Of a stretch of DNA of 26,730 nucleotides, positions 7,258 to 16,548 are shown piece by piece (positions within the stretch are counted from its first letter, which is position 1; each line of letters starts with the position of its first letter). The stretch comes from a virus (taxonomy: Duplodnaviria; Caudoviricetes). The translations under genes were made by a program, and so were the position numbers. The stretch spans positions 1-26,730 of IMG/VR virus record IMGVR_UViG_3300011334_000331; one strand, given 5' to 3'. The notes under the pieces were generated by a model. That model made no database searches, was not told the DNA's origin, and saw only the letters and a list, made by a program, of their open reading frames with translations.

Positions 7258-8429
7258 ATCTTCTTGTTATAGTTGTTTATAATCGTGTAGAAAATATTAA
7301 CCGATGGTTAAAGGTTTGGCAGCAATGCAAACAATCGGCCCACATGGTTATTATTCACACGGGGCCAGATGCGTTAACGATTCCCGATGGCATTACCTAC
7401 ATACGAAGGCCAAACATAGGCTTTGACATTGGCAGCCTGCAAGATGTTTGCAATGAGCGATTAAACGGATTCCCAAACGATTGGCAAAAGATGCTTTGGT
7501 GTACAGATGATACATTGCCGATGCAGCCAGATTTTTTAGATGTATTCTTTAACAAGCTAACGGTTAAAGTGGGTTGCGTTGCGATGGAGATAAGCCCGTA
7601 TGTTAGAAAGCACATTAGAACTACTGGCTTTGCAATTACTAAAGAAGTTGCTAATAAATTAACCTTCCCAATAGATCCAATTGTAACCAAAGAACATTGC
7701 TATCAGTTTGAGCATCTAAGCGGCAATATTATGTACAATCAAATACTTTTGATGAAATTGGAAGTACTGATGGCTGCACCTGCAAAAGATAGCCCGTTGT
7801 TTGACTTTGGCTATCACAGGCGGCTAAAACAACGTGAAGCAGAACATTATACTACATTTGCAGAACCTACCAAAGGATTGCCCAAGGTGTCCATTATCTG
7901 CCCTACCTACCAAAACTACCCACAGATTGCATCTGCATTACTTTGCCAAACTTACCAAAATTGGGAATTGCACATCGTGCATGATGGCCTTGGAACAATA
8001 GACCTGCCAAAAGACAAACGTATTAAGTTTACACAAACACCGGCACGTTCTGCCAATTGGGGGCATTCAATTAGAAGGGATATGTTGCAAGCTGTTAGCG
8101 GTGATTATGTTGTAATTACGAATCCGGATAATTATTTGGTTCCTACCTTTTTAGAAAAGATGATAGGCGGTTTTAAACAGGGTATTGTTGCAACTTATTG
8201 TAGCCAAATGGTTCATAACTACATTGGGCATAAAGTTATAAATTGCAGCCTAAAACGTGGATATTTGGATTGTAGCGGTGTTATGCTTAAATTAGCAGAA
8301 GCAAAAGCAGTAGGATGGAATGATGTAAATTCCCATTCTGCTGATTGGTTTTTCTTTAACGACATTATTAACAGATATGGGCAGCACTCATTTGCAAGGG
8401 TTGAAGGATGCCTATTAATACACAACTAA
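7254..8429 (+). CDS. Two-domain glycosyltransferase (RgpF-like N-terminal domain plus GT2 domain)
   Basis: N-terminal RPNIGFDIGS...WCTDD...HIRTTGFA; C-terminal VSIICPTYQ...LLCQTYQNWELHIVHDG...GDYVVITNPDN...ADW, a GT2 pattern. Confidence 0.8.
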   Translation: MNLLVIVVYNRVENINRWLKVWQQCKQSAHMVIIHTGPDALTIPDGITYIRRPNIGFDIGSLQDVCNERLNGFPNDWQKMLWCTDDTLPMQPDFLDVFFNKLTVKVGCVAMEISPYVRKHIRTTGFAITKEVANKLTFPIDPIVTKEHCYQFEHLSGNIMYNQILLMKLEVLMAAPAKDSPLFDFGYHRRLKQREAEHYTTFAEPTKGLPKVSIICPTYQNYPQIASALLCQTYQNWELHIVHDGLGTIDLPKDKRIKFTQTPARSANWGHSIRRDMLQAVSGDYVVITNPDNYLVPTFLEKMIGGFKQGIVATYCSQMVHNYIGHKVINCSLKRGYLDCSGVMLKLAEAKAVGWNDVNSHSADWFFFNDIINRYGQHSFARVEGCLLIHN

Positions 8430-8430
8430 A

Positions 8431-9633
8431 ATGAAATGCAAACAACACACAATCTGCCGCTGCTGTGGTGCTGACAAGTTAGAACCTTATCTTGATTTGG
8501 GAATGATGCCTCTTGCAAACAATCTTGAACTAACAAAAGAAGATGCACTAAATGCAGAAAGATTCCCGTTAAAGGTTATGATTTGCGAAGATTGTTCATT
8601 AAGCCAATTATCTGTAGTTATTGATCCGGAGTTGCTATTCAGCAATTACTTTTACCGTTCAAGTATGAGCCAAGGTTATAAAGACCATTGCAAAGAAATG
8701 GCTATTGAATTACAAAGTAGATACGGGTTTAACAATGATTCGTTTATTATAGACATAGCCGGCAATGATGGGGCATTATTGCATGAATTTTACAAAATTA
8801 TTAAACCTTGGAAGTCGTTAAATATTGATCCTGCCGAAAACTTAGTAAAAGCAAATGAAGAATTAGGCGTAAGGCAATTTACTGCATTTTGGGGAATGCA
8901 ATCAGCAAAGCAACTTGAAACAATGGGCTGGCCTAAAGCCGATTTGATAACTGCTACAAATGTATTTGCTCACGTTGATAACATCAAAGAATTTTTAGAA
9001 GCTGCAAAATATGCATTAAAGCCAGACGGCGTTATTGTGTTGGAATTCCCTTACATTGTAGATTTTATTAATAAAGGCGAATTTGATACCGTTTATTTTG
9101 AGCACCTTAGCTACATGAGCGTTTCACCTTTAGAGTTGCTGGCATTTGATTTGGGCTTGCAAATTACAAACATAACAAGGCATTCAATACACGGCGGCAC
9201 TATTCGGATTGAATTAAAGCACGGGCAAACATTAAAGATTACAAATGAATCGTTATCAGAATTCTTTATAGATTACAAAACTTATGCATCGAAGGTTGAA
9301 GATTGCGTAAAAGCATTTAAAAAGGGTATTGCAAATATAGACGGTAGCATTGCCTGCTTTGCTGCATCTGCAAAAGGTAACACACTTTTAAACGTGGTAG
9401 GTGAAACAAGCCGCATCGAATATATTGTAGATGAAACGCCAGAAAAGATTGGCAAGTATTCGCCAGGTACTGGCCTTGAAGTAGTGCCATTGATTCATCT
9501 TGCAGCGTTTCCGGTTGATTACATTATCATACTTAGCTGGAATTTTGCTGAAGAAATAATAAAAAAATGTAAATCAATTGGTTACAGTGGTAAATTTATT
9601 ATACCTATTCCAACATGGCAAATAGTAGAGTAA
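8431..9633 (+). CDS. SAM-dependent NDP-sugar C-methyltransferase (TcaB9-like)
   Basis: Zinc-binding CRCC...CEDC, LDLGMMPLAN, DIAGNDG, NVFAHV, FDTVYFEHLSY, HGGTIR, AASAKGNTLLN and KIGKYSPGT. Confidence 0.88.
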   Translation: MKCKQHTICRCCGADKLEPYLDLGMMPLANNLELTKEDALNAERFPLKVMICEDCSLSQLSVVIDPELLFSNYFYRSSMSQGYKDHCKEMAIELQSRYGFNNDSFIIDIAGNDGALLHEFYKIIKPWKSLNIDPAENLVKANEELGVRQFTAFWGMQSAKQLETMGWPKADLITATNVFAHVDNIKEFLEAAKYALKPDGVIVLEFPYIVDFINKGEFDTVYFEHLSYMSVSPLELLAFDLGLQITNITRHSIHGGTIRIELKHGQTLKITNESLSEFFIDYKTYASKVEDCVKAFKKGIANIDGSIACFAASAKGNTLLNVVGETSRIEYIVDETPEKIGKYSPGTGLEVVPLIHLAAFPVDYIIILSWNFAEEIIKKCKSIGYSGKFIIPIPTWQIVE

Positions 9634-10787
9634 TTGAATATACGCCAGTATTTGCGGCAAATAAAGAGGCTTATGATAGCGGCTTGTATAGGTTTATTGG
9701 TAATGAAGGTAGTAGTAGAAGTAGTAAATCTTACTCGTTGGCGCAATTGATTGTAGTTATTGCCATGACCGAAAAGCGCGAAATAACTATTACTGGCCCA
9801 TCGTTACCACATTTGAAGCGTGGGGCTATGAAAGATGTTTTGGATGTTGTGAAAGGATGGGATTTGTACAAAGAAGATAACCACAACAAGACAGATCAAA
9901 TACTAAAATTCCCATCTACTGGAAGCTATATTGAATTTTTCGGTATTGAAGATGTGGGCAAATTAAGGGGGCCAGGGCGCGATATTCTTTGGATGAATGA
10001 AATGAATTTACAACCTAAAGCCGCTTACACGCAGTTAGCCTTAAGAACAAGAAAAACTATATTTGGGGATTGGAATCCAGCAGATGAATTTAGTTACGTT
10101 TATGAGTTAGCAGATAAGGAAGGCAATAAAAAGATACATTCAACATATCTTAATAATTTGCAATTCCTAACGCAAGAGCAGATAAATGAGATTGAGAGCT
10201 TGCAGGATGCAGATGAAAATCTTTGGAAGGTGTTTGGCCTTGGGTTGCGTGGAACATCAACAGAAACGATTTACACCCACTGGAAAACTATTGACCATTT
10301 CCCAGATTGCGATCGGGTTGTTTATGGTTTGGATTTTGGTTTTAATCATCCGAACGTATTAACAAAGGTGGGGCTTATGGATGATAAGTTGTATATTGAA
10401 GAAATGATTTATGAAAGTAAGCTAACAACAGATGATCTTTGCTATGCCATAAAAGCATTAGGTTTGAACGGTAGCCATAAGATTTACTGTGATAGTGCGC
10501 GACCAGATACCATCGAAGAAATGAACCGCGCGGGGCTTTGGGCGGTATCTTCAAACAAGTCTGTATGGGATGGAATACAGTTCGTAAAAAGTAAGCCGCT
10601 TTATATTACGAAAAATTCTATAAATTTGTTGAAAGAAATTAAATCGTATAAGTGGATGAAGGATAAAAACGACATTGTACAAGAGCAGCCCGTTAAGTTT
10701 AAAGATGATGGGATGGATTCAATGCGTTATGCTGCATTTACTGAATTTTCACAACCTTTAATTACATACGCCGGTGCAGATTATTAG
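9615..10787 (+). CDS. terL: Terminase large subunit (PBSX/SPP1-type)
   Basis: Walker A-like EGSSRSSKS, WMNE, DWNP, HSTYLNN, and nuclease motifs GLDFGF, YCDSARP and DDGMDSMRYA. Confidence 0.92.
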   Translation: MANSRVIEYTPVFAANKEAYDSGLYRFIGNEGSSRSSKSYSLAQLIVVIAMTEKREITITGPSLPHLKRGAMKDVLDVVKGWDLYKEDNHNKTDQILKFPSTGSYIEFFGIEDVGKLRGPGRDILWMNEMNLQPKAAYTQLALRTRKTIFGDWNPADEFSYVYELADKEGNKKIHSTYLNNLQFLTQEQINEIESLQDADENLWKVFGLGLRGTSTETIYTHWKTIDHFPDCDRVVYGLDFGFNHPNVLTKVGLMDDKLYIEEMIYESKLTTDDLCYAIKALGLNGSHKIYCDSARPDTIEEMNRAGLWAVSSNKSVWDGIQFVKSKPLYITKNSINLLKEIKSYKWMKDKNDIVQEQPVKFKDDGMDSMRYAAFTEFSQPLITYAGADY

Positions 10788-12030
10788 TAATAAAAAATTA
10801 AATGATCTGCAAACGCAGATAAAAGCCCTGCAAACATCTACACTGATGGCGCAGGTTTCAACAGTTAGCCAAACCATTTACCCTACCTGGCACGTTTGGC
10901 GCGAAATAGAAGCATATCGGGTTATTGATGATGTTTACAGCGTTGTTAATAGATTAGCCAGAACAGCGGCAATGATTCCGTTCACGTTATATTATCCAGA
11001 TACAGATGAAGATGTTGAGTTTGACAATCCAGCCGCAAAGCTATTTAGAACCTTTACACTCGAAAAGAAAATAGAACTTTATACCCATTTGTTTTTGACG
11101 GGTGAATGTTTCTATTACAAGCAGCTATTTATAGGAGCCAATGCAAGGGTTGAATCTTTAGACCTTTTGCATTCATCTTTCATGACCTTAAAATTAAGTA
11201 GGCAATTCCCTTTTACTATTGATGCTTATGAGTATCAAGACGCAAACGCTGGTGTAGTAATTAACAACATACCAAAAGAAGAAGTTGCATACATTAAATA
11301 CCCGAACCCTTCGCCAGATTGGAACTATAGCAAGCGCGGCCTTTCACCTATACTTGTTTTAGCGCAAACACTAACAAGGTTGCAAGCGGGTAGAGATGCC
11401 AGCGTTGCACAGATGCAAAACGGTGGTGTACCTGGAATATTAACGGTAAAAGACTTACGCCATGATACTACCAGCAAGCCAGTGATAGGGGCGATAAAGG
11501 ATAACATTGCGCGTTTTATGGGCAATTCAAACAATAAGGGTGCGCCAATGATTATGCCAGGGGATATGAACTATATTCCTTTAGGTTTAAAGTTGGCAGA
11601 TATGGAAGTTGCAGAACTTGCAGCAATAGACTTTAAAAAGATATGCAATGCCTACAGCGTTTCTGATGTGTTGTTTAACAATGACAGCAGCAGTACTGAA
11701 AGCAATGTAAAAGAAATGGTGCGATTGATGTACACAAACGCGGTTTTGCCCGTTGTTATGATGGTTCGTGATTGCTTTAATAACGAAGTATTGCCAAACT
11801 TTAGCGGTAGACAGATTGCCATTAAATACGATGTTTCAGAGATAACAGAACTGCAAGATGATATGAAGGCAAAAGCAGATGTATTCGCAGCATTGCCGGT
11901 TATGATTCCTAACGATGTACTTGAGGCGTTTGGTTACCAAAGAGATGAACGCCCAGAAATGGATATGCCTTTTATTAAATCGGGTTACACTGCTATTGAT
12001 GATTTTGAACCGCTGCCACCAATTGAGTAA
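10774..12030 (+). CDS. Portal protein (HK97 family)
   Basis: VYSVVNRLAR, LFLTGECF, RGLSP, NGGVPGIL, ICNAYSV and PNDV motifs; follows terL. Confidence 0.9.
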   Translation: MQIISNKKLNDLQTQIKALQTSTLMAQVSTVSQTIYPTWHVWREIEAYRVIDDVYSVVNRLARTAAMIPFTLYYPDTDEDVEFDNPAAKLFRTFTLEKKIELYTHLFLTGECFYYKQLFIGANARVESLDLLHSSFMTLKLSRQFPFTIDAYEYQDANAGVVINNIPKEEVAYIKYPNPSPDWNYSKRGLSPILVLAQTLTRLQAGRDASVAQMQNGGVPGILTVKDLRHDTTSKPVIGAIKDNIARFMGNSNNKGAPMIMPGDMNYIPLGLKLADMEVAELAAIDFKKICNAYSVSDVLFNNDSSSTESNVKEMVRLMYTNAVLPVVMMVRDCFNNEVLPNFSGRQIAIKYDVSEITELQDDMKAKADVFAALPVMIPNDVLEAFGYQRDERPEMDMPFIKSGYTAIDDFEPLPPIE

Positions 12031-12217
12031 AAGTGTAGAAAATATTGCAGATATGGCTTTACGGCAAGTTTTAAAAGTAATTGAGCAGGAATTGCCACAA
12101 CCCGAATGCCCAAGAAGCAGGCCGCAAAACAACTGGAAAAAAGATCAAGTTAAAAAGATTGTAGGCCAAAAATTATGGCCAGCAGATATGGGCGTAAATA
12201 TTGATATTAAAGTATGA
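12023..12217 (+). CDS. Small hypothetical protein
   Basis: Fills the gap after the portal gene; start is either TTG 12023 or ATG 12053; stop overlaps the next ATG. Confidence 0.5.
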   Translation: MSKSVENIADMALRQVLKVIEQELPQPECPRSRPQNNWKKDQVKKIVGQKLWPADMGVNIDIKV

Positions 12218-12429
12218 TGGCAATAGTTAATTTAGTTGTAAATGCTGATATTGAATGGGTTGATTCTGAAAAGGTAATTCAACCATGCTATTTATGCGAA
12301 GATTTAATAATAGGTAAATCTTATTCTGCAATATTATTTATTACTCAAAAAGGTCAAGATTTTCCAATAACGAATAAAGATTTATTTACAGTTTGTCAAA
12401 GTTGCCATGATATTACAAATACTCAATGA
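12214..12429 (+). CDS. Small zinc-finger-like protein (CxxC...CxxC)
   Basis: CYLC and CQSCH; ATGA overlaps at both ends. Confidence 0.55.
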   Translation: MMAIVNLVVNADIEWVDSEKVIQPCYLCEDLIIGKSYSAILFITQKGQDFPITNKDLFTVCQSCHDITNTQ

Positions 12430-13157
12430 ACAAAGCCGAATACATACGCCGCTGGGATCGTTTCCAAAAACGCTATGAGCGTATCTATACCACTAAATTT
12501 AAAGCCGCTTTACAAGAACAGGTGCGCCAGCAAATAGAAGTAGGTTACATAAACAGCCAGCCAATTTATGAAGTATTAGTTGACCTTTACAAAACAGTTG
12601 GCCCACTATGGGCGTTCAATACTGGCGTGCATCGGTTTAAACGGCAAACAAAAGCGCGGCTGCCAATGGGATTTTCTGAACGCATTGTTGAACTGATGCG
12701 CCAATATTACGGCATTGATTTACTGAATGATGCTGAAGGCATAACAAATACAACAAGAGAATACATACAAGAAGTATTAGGGGCAGCGGCCACCAGCGGT
12801 ATTGGCTTTGATGACATTGTAAGACAATTACAAACAGATCCAAATTTAAACGCAATGAGGGCAAGGCGTATTGCACGAACTGAAGTAGTAGGGGCGGCAA
12901 ATTCAGCATCTTTGATTAATGCGCAAGAAACCGATGTGCCAATGGTTAAGATATGGCTATCTGTAGATGATAGGCGTACAAGGCGCAGCCATAAGTTTGT
13001 AGATGATCAAACAGTTCCTTTAAATACGCCGTTTAATGTGGGTGGCGTAGAAATGATGCAGCCAGGTGTAAGGCAACAGCCAAACGGGTTACCAGTTCCG
13101 GCAAACGAAGTAGTAAATTGCAGATGTGTTTTAGGCTATCGCGTAATCGAAGAATAA
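12426..13157 (+). CDS. Minor head protein (SPP1 gp7 / Mu F family)
   Basis: RARRIARTEV, KIWLSVDDRRTRRSH, F-x-VGG and EVVNCRC. Confidence 0.9.
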   Translation: MNKAEYIRRWDRFQKRYERIYTTKFKAALQEQVRQQIEVGYINSQPIYEVLVDLYKTVGPLWAFNTGVHRFKRQTKARLPMGFSERIVELMRQYYGIDLLNDAEGITNTTREYIQEVLGAAATSGIGFDDIVRQLQTDPNLNAMRARRIARTEVVGAANSASLINAQETDVPMVKIWLSVDDRRTRRSHKFVDDQTVPLNTPFNVGGVEMMQPGVRQQPNGLPVPANEVVNCRCVLGYRVIEE

Positions 13158-13188
13158 AAAAACCCACCTCGTAGAAACGAAGCGGGTT
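13156..13188 (-). terminator. Intrinsic terminator of the antisense gene 13215-13409
   Basis: Minus strand AACCCGCTTCGT-ttct-ACGAGGTGGGTT-TTTTT; the two mismatches form G-U pairs only on the minus strand. Confidence 0.75.
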
Positions 13189-13214
13189 AAACCAACGCTT
13201 GCATGAAAAACAAA

Positions 13215-13409
13215 TTAATCTATTTTCGGATACATTCCCATTCTTTTAGCTGCATCTGTATATTGCACTTTCTCTGTTTGCCGTTCGCGTTCCAACTTTT
13301 CTTTTACTGCAATATCGTAAAACTTACCAATCTTTTGGCCCGTATTAATAGTGTGAGCAACTACTTGCGAATGTAATTCATTATCTACTTTTATACTTTT
13401 TTCTGCCAT
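13215..13409 (-). CDS. Small ribbon-helix-helix-like regulator
   Basis: KSIKVDNELHSQV...KIGKFYDIAVKEKLERE fits a strand-helix-helix (Arc/CopG-like) pattern; has its own terminator. Confidence 0.6.
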   Translation of the reverse strand: MAEKSIKVDNELHSQVVAHTINTGQKIGKFYDIAVKEKLERERQTEKVQYTDAAKRMGMYPKID

Positions 13410-13470
13410 GCCATAAAGGTAGTAAAAATTCTACTTATACAAAACAAAATATTGATTTATTTTTACTCTA

Positions 13471-14196
13471 TTGGAAAATCTCTATACATACAAAGATACC
13501 ACACTGCCAGCATCGTTTAAGGATGCCGACATGAAGAAAGGTATTGTTACTGGTTATTTTTCCCGTTTTGGGAATGTAGATAGTGACGGTGATATTATAA
13601 AGGCTGGCGCATTCGCAAAGACAGTAAAAGAGCAGGGGCCAAAGAGTGCACAGCCACGCATCAAGCATTTAATGAATCACAACCCATCAATGCCGCTTGG
13701 TAAAATATTAGACCTTAAAGAAGATAGCAGCGGGTTGTTATACGAATCACAAGTAGGAACGCACGCTTTAGGGCAGGACTTTATAAAGATGGTTGAAAGC
13801 GGATTGATAACCGAGCATTCAATCGGTTACAGAACTATAAAGCGAAACCAGATACAAGATTATGCCGGATATCAAAAGAACCCTACAAAGGGAATGTTTG
13901 AGATTACAGAGGCTAAATTGTTTGAAGGCAGCAGTTTAACTGCATGGGGTGCGAATCCATTAACGCCGCTAACGGGTTTAAAAAACGCTGTGAATATTGA
14001 TAGCGTTATTTCGCAGCAAGTAGCAATAGAAAAGTTTTGTAAAGATTCTACTGCGACTGATGAAACTATTGAAATGTTATTGTTGCATAGTAAGCAACTT
14101 TCACAATACATACTTGATATTAAGGCCAATCAGCCAGCAAAAGCTACTGATCCGGATAAATGGCAAGGATGGGTAACAAAATTAAAAACAACTTAA
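13471..14196 (+). CDS. HK97-family prohead protease
   Basis: GYFSRFGNVDSDGDII, HLMNHN, SIGY and LFEGSSLTAWGANP; TTG start. Confidence 0.9.
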   Translation: MENLYTYKDTTLPASFKDADMKKGIVTGYFSRFGNVDSDGDIIKAGAFAKTVKEQGPKSAQPRIKHLMNHNPSMPLGKILDLKEDSSGLLYESQVGTHALGQDFIKMVESGLITEHSIGYRTIKRNQIQDYAGYQKNPTKGMFEITEAKLFEGSSLTAWGANPLTPLTGLKNAVNIDSVISQQVAIEKFCKDSTATDETIEMLLLHSKQLSQYILDIKANQPAKATDPDKWQGWVTKLKTT

Positions 14197-14207
14197 TTAT
14201 TTATAAA

Positions 14208-15512
14208 ATGGAAAAGAAAACACCGGCACAAATAGAAGCCGAAAAGAAAGCCAGAAAAAACGCTATTGATGTAGCTGAAAAGGCTTACAACGAATTTGAA
14301 GTTAAAGAACCAACTGATTTGCAAAAGTCATTCGATTTGCTTAAAGCAGTTATCGAATTGAAAGGCGCTGATGAGGTTAAAAACTTTGACGAAAAGATTG
14401 CCGCTATCGAAGCAGCTACTCTTGAAGCAAAAGAAGCTAAAGAAGCCGAATTGAAAACAATCGGTGAGCGTTTGGAAGCTACCATTTCTGCATTGGATAT
14501 TGTACAAGCAAGAGTAAAAGCAGACCGCAACAACGGAACTGCAACACCTTCTACAAAATCATTTGCTGAATTGTTGAGCGAAAACATCAACGAGAAAGCA
14601 AGCGAAATCACTACCTTAAAGAAAGGGCAATCAACATCTTTCGAAATGAAAGACATGAGTTTTGCAACTTCTTTCAGTACTGCTGGTACTTCAGTTGCAT
14701 TTGCTCGCCCAGGCATCATTGAATTGCCAAAGCGTAAATTGCACATTCGCCAACTTTTAACCGGCGGTAACATGGGTGCTAAATCTACCTTTGATTACGT
14801 TAAAGAGGTTGCTGGTTCTGGTTCTATTGGCCCAGTTGCTGAAGCTACTTTGAAGCCACAGATTGAACTTGCTTTGCAAGAGGTTAGCGTAAAGGCAGAA
14901 TGGATTGCTGGTTGGTTGCGTATTTCTCGCAATATGCTTGATGATGTAACTGGTATGACTACCTTTTTACAAAGTCGTTTGCCAGAATTGTTACTTCGTG
15001 CTGAAGATAACCAATTGTTAAACGGTACTGGTACTTCACCACAGTTAAGCGGTATCACTGATGCTGGTAACTTTACTGCACCAACAGGAACTTCTACAAT
15101 TGATGTTGAGCAATTGGTTCAAGCGGTTGCACAGTTAGAAGGTTACGACAGAGAAGCAAATGGCATATTGTTAAACCCTGCTGATTGGTACAGAATCTGG
15201 TTAAATAAAGCTTCTGTAGGTGGTGAATATGATTTGCCAATTAATTTGATTACCAAAGTAGGTGACCAAATGTTCATCGCTGGTGTTCCTGTGTTCAGAA
15301 GCACTGCAATTGCGGTTGATAAATTCATCGTTGGTGATTGGGCAATGGGTGCAAACTTCATCTTGCGCGAAGCTCCAAGGGTTGAATTCTTCTACGAAGA
15401 TGGTATCAATGTTCGTGAGAACATGGTAACTGTTAGAATCGAAGAAAGAGTAGCATTCCCGATTTACGGTGATAACTACTTCATCTATGGTGATTTCGGT
15501 AACGTATCATAA
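14208..15512 (+). CDS. Major capsid protein (HK97 fold) with an N-terminal coiled-coil delta domain
   Basis: EATLKPQ, ISRNMLDD, AEDNQLLNGTG, LLNPADW, GVPV and NMVTVRIEERV; ATG 14208 has an A-rich leader. Confidence 0.93.
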   Translation: MEKKTPAQIEAEKKARKNAIDVAEKAYNEFEVKEPTDLQKSFDLLKAVIELKGADEVKNFDEKIAAIEAATLEAKEAKEAELKTIGERLEATISALDIVQARVKADRNNGTATPSTKSFAELLSENINEKASEITTLKKGQSTSFEMKDMSFATSFSTAGTSVAFARPGIIELPKRKLHIRQLLTGGNMGAKSTFDYVKEVAGSGSIGPVAEATLKPQIELALQEVSVKAEWIAGWLRISRNMLDDVTGMTTFLQSRLPELLLRAEDNQLLNGTGTSPQLSGITDAGNFTAPTGTSTIDVEQLVQAVAQLEGYDREANGILLNPADWYRIWLNKASVGGEYDLPINLITKVGDQMFIAGVPVFRSTAIAVDKFIVGDWAMGANFILREAPRVEFFYEDGINVRENMVTVRIEERVAFPIYGDNYFIYGDFGNVS

Positions 15513-15535
15513 ATTGTTTGATTAGTTTAGTAAAT

Positions 15536-15567
15536 AAAAGCCTGCTCTTTATCGGGCAGGCTTTTTT
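15536..15567 (+). terminator. Intrinsic terminator after the capsid gene
   Basis: AAAAGCCTGCTC-tttatc-GGGCAGGCTTTTTT; overlaps a TAAATTTG box at 15567-15574. Confidence 0.8.
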
Positions 15568-15579
15568 AAATTTGTTACA

Positions 15580-16143
15580 ATGGATTATCGCAGAAATGAA
15601 GATAGAATTTTATTAACGGGTTCTGGTTTGTCTTATAACCAGCAATTGGATATTTCTTGGATTGAACCGAGTGGAGGTTTTACCGAACCCGTAACTTTAG
15701 AAGAAGTAAAGCTATTCTGCAAGATTGATTTTAATGATGATGATACACTAATTGAAAGCCTTATTACTGCTGCTCGTGAAATGTGCGAAGATTACTCAAA
15801 CATTGGTTTTGTTTCGCGTGAAATTACCGCTGTGATAAATAACGGCAATGGCGGGTTTTATCTTTCATTGGGGCCAGTTACAAGCGAAATAATAACTGGT
15901 TATGATCAAGACGATAACGAAGTTGAATTAAAAATATCTGGTAGCAAGTTTAGACAGATAATAACGCCTACATTGCACCGAATGACTGTAGAATATACGG
16001 CAGGCTATGAAGTGCTGCCAGCGCAGCTAAAAACAGCCCTATTGAACGCTATATTTTATTTATACGATAACAGAGCAGAAGCAGTTGAAAATATTGGCCC
16101 TATTGCCCAAATGATTTTAAATCCACTTCGCAGAGTATGGTAA
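15580..16143 (+). CDS. Head-tail connector protein (HK97 gp6-like)
   Basis: EPVTLEEVKLFCKID...DDTLIESLITAAREMCE and YTAGY...LKTALL...LYDNR. Confidence 0.88.
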   Translation: MDYRRNEDRILLTGSGLSYNQQLDISWIEPSGGFTEPVTLEEVKLFCKIDFNDDDTLIESLITAAREMCEDYSNIGFVSREITAVINNGNGGFYLSLGPVTSEIITGYDQDDNEVELKISGSKFRQIITPTLHRMTVEYTAGYEVLPAQLKTALLNAIFYLYDNRAEAVENIGPIAQMILNPLRRVW

Positions 16144-16547
16144 ACATGAACCGCCGAATATTAGTGTTAGAATGCAAAGGTGTTAGAAACGACCAGGGCG
16201 GCCTTGATAATACAATTGTGCAATCATGGGAAAAGTGGGCAATGATTGAAGATAGAAGCGGATCTAATAACGTAACGCAGAACCAAACGCAATGGCAATA
16301 CGACTATAAGATAACAATGCGTTATTATCCATCCATACCAACGAAAAGCAATTACTACATAGTGTATGAGGGCGTTGCAATGAAGATTGAAAATATCAGC
16401 ATAAACAATGAAGGGTTTAAAAAGTTCGAGGTTGCAAGATGCAGCAAGGTTGATGAAAATATAATAGTTGTACAAACATCATTAATAATTACAGAAGAAG
16501 GCGATAACATTATTACAGAAATAGGCGAAAACATAATAATCGAATAA
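16137..16547 (+). CDS. Head closure / head-tail joining protein with an acidic C-terminal extension
   Basis: MNRRI, DQGG, WA-x-I and ITMRY motifs; position after the connector gene. Confidence 0.8.
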   Translation: MVNMNRRILVLECKGVRNDQGGLDNTIVQSWEKWAMIEDRSGSNNVTQNQTQWQYDYKITMRYYPSIPTKSNYYIVYEGVAMKIENISINNEGFKKFEVARCSKVDENIIVVQTSLIITEEGDNIITEIGENIIIE

Positions 16548-16548
16548 C

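Noticed and set aside
4890-9633. 5mC to 5hmC to glycosyl DNA hypermodification pathway
   Set aside because: No TET/JBP dioxygenase or hydroxymethylase is visible in the window, and the glycan genes sit in the late operon.
14160-14207. Upstream start for the capsid gene
   Set aside because: It overlaps the protease gene; ATG 14208 follows an A-rich leader after the protease stop.
14285-15361. Long antisense ORFs over the capsid gene (also 21488..21943, 22268..22600, 24754..25122 and similar)
   Set aside because: Typical shadows of codon bias in real genes, with no motifs or expression signals.
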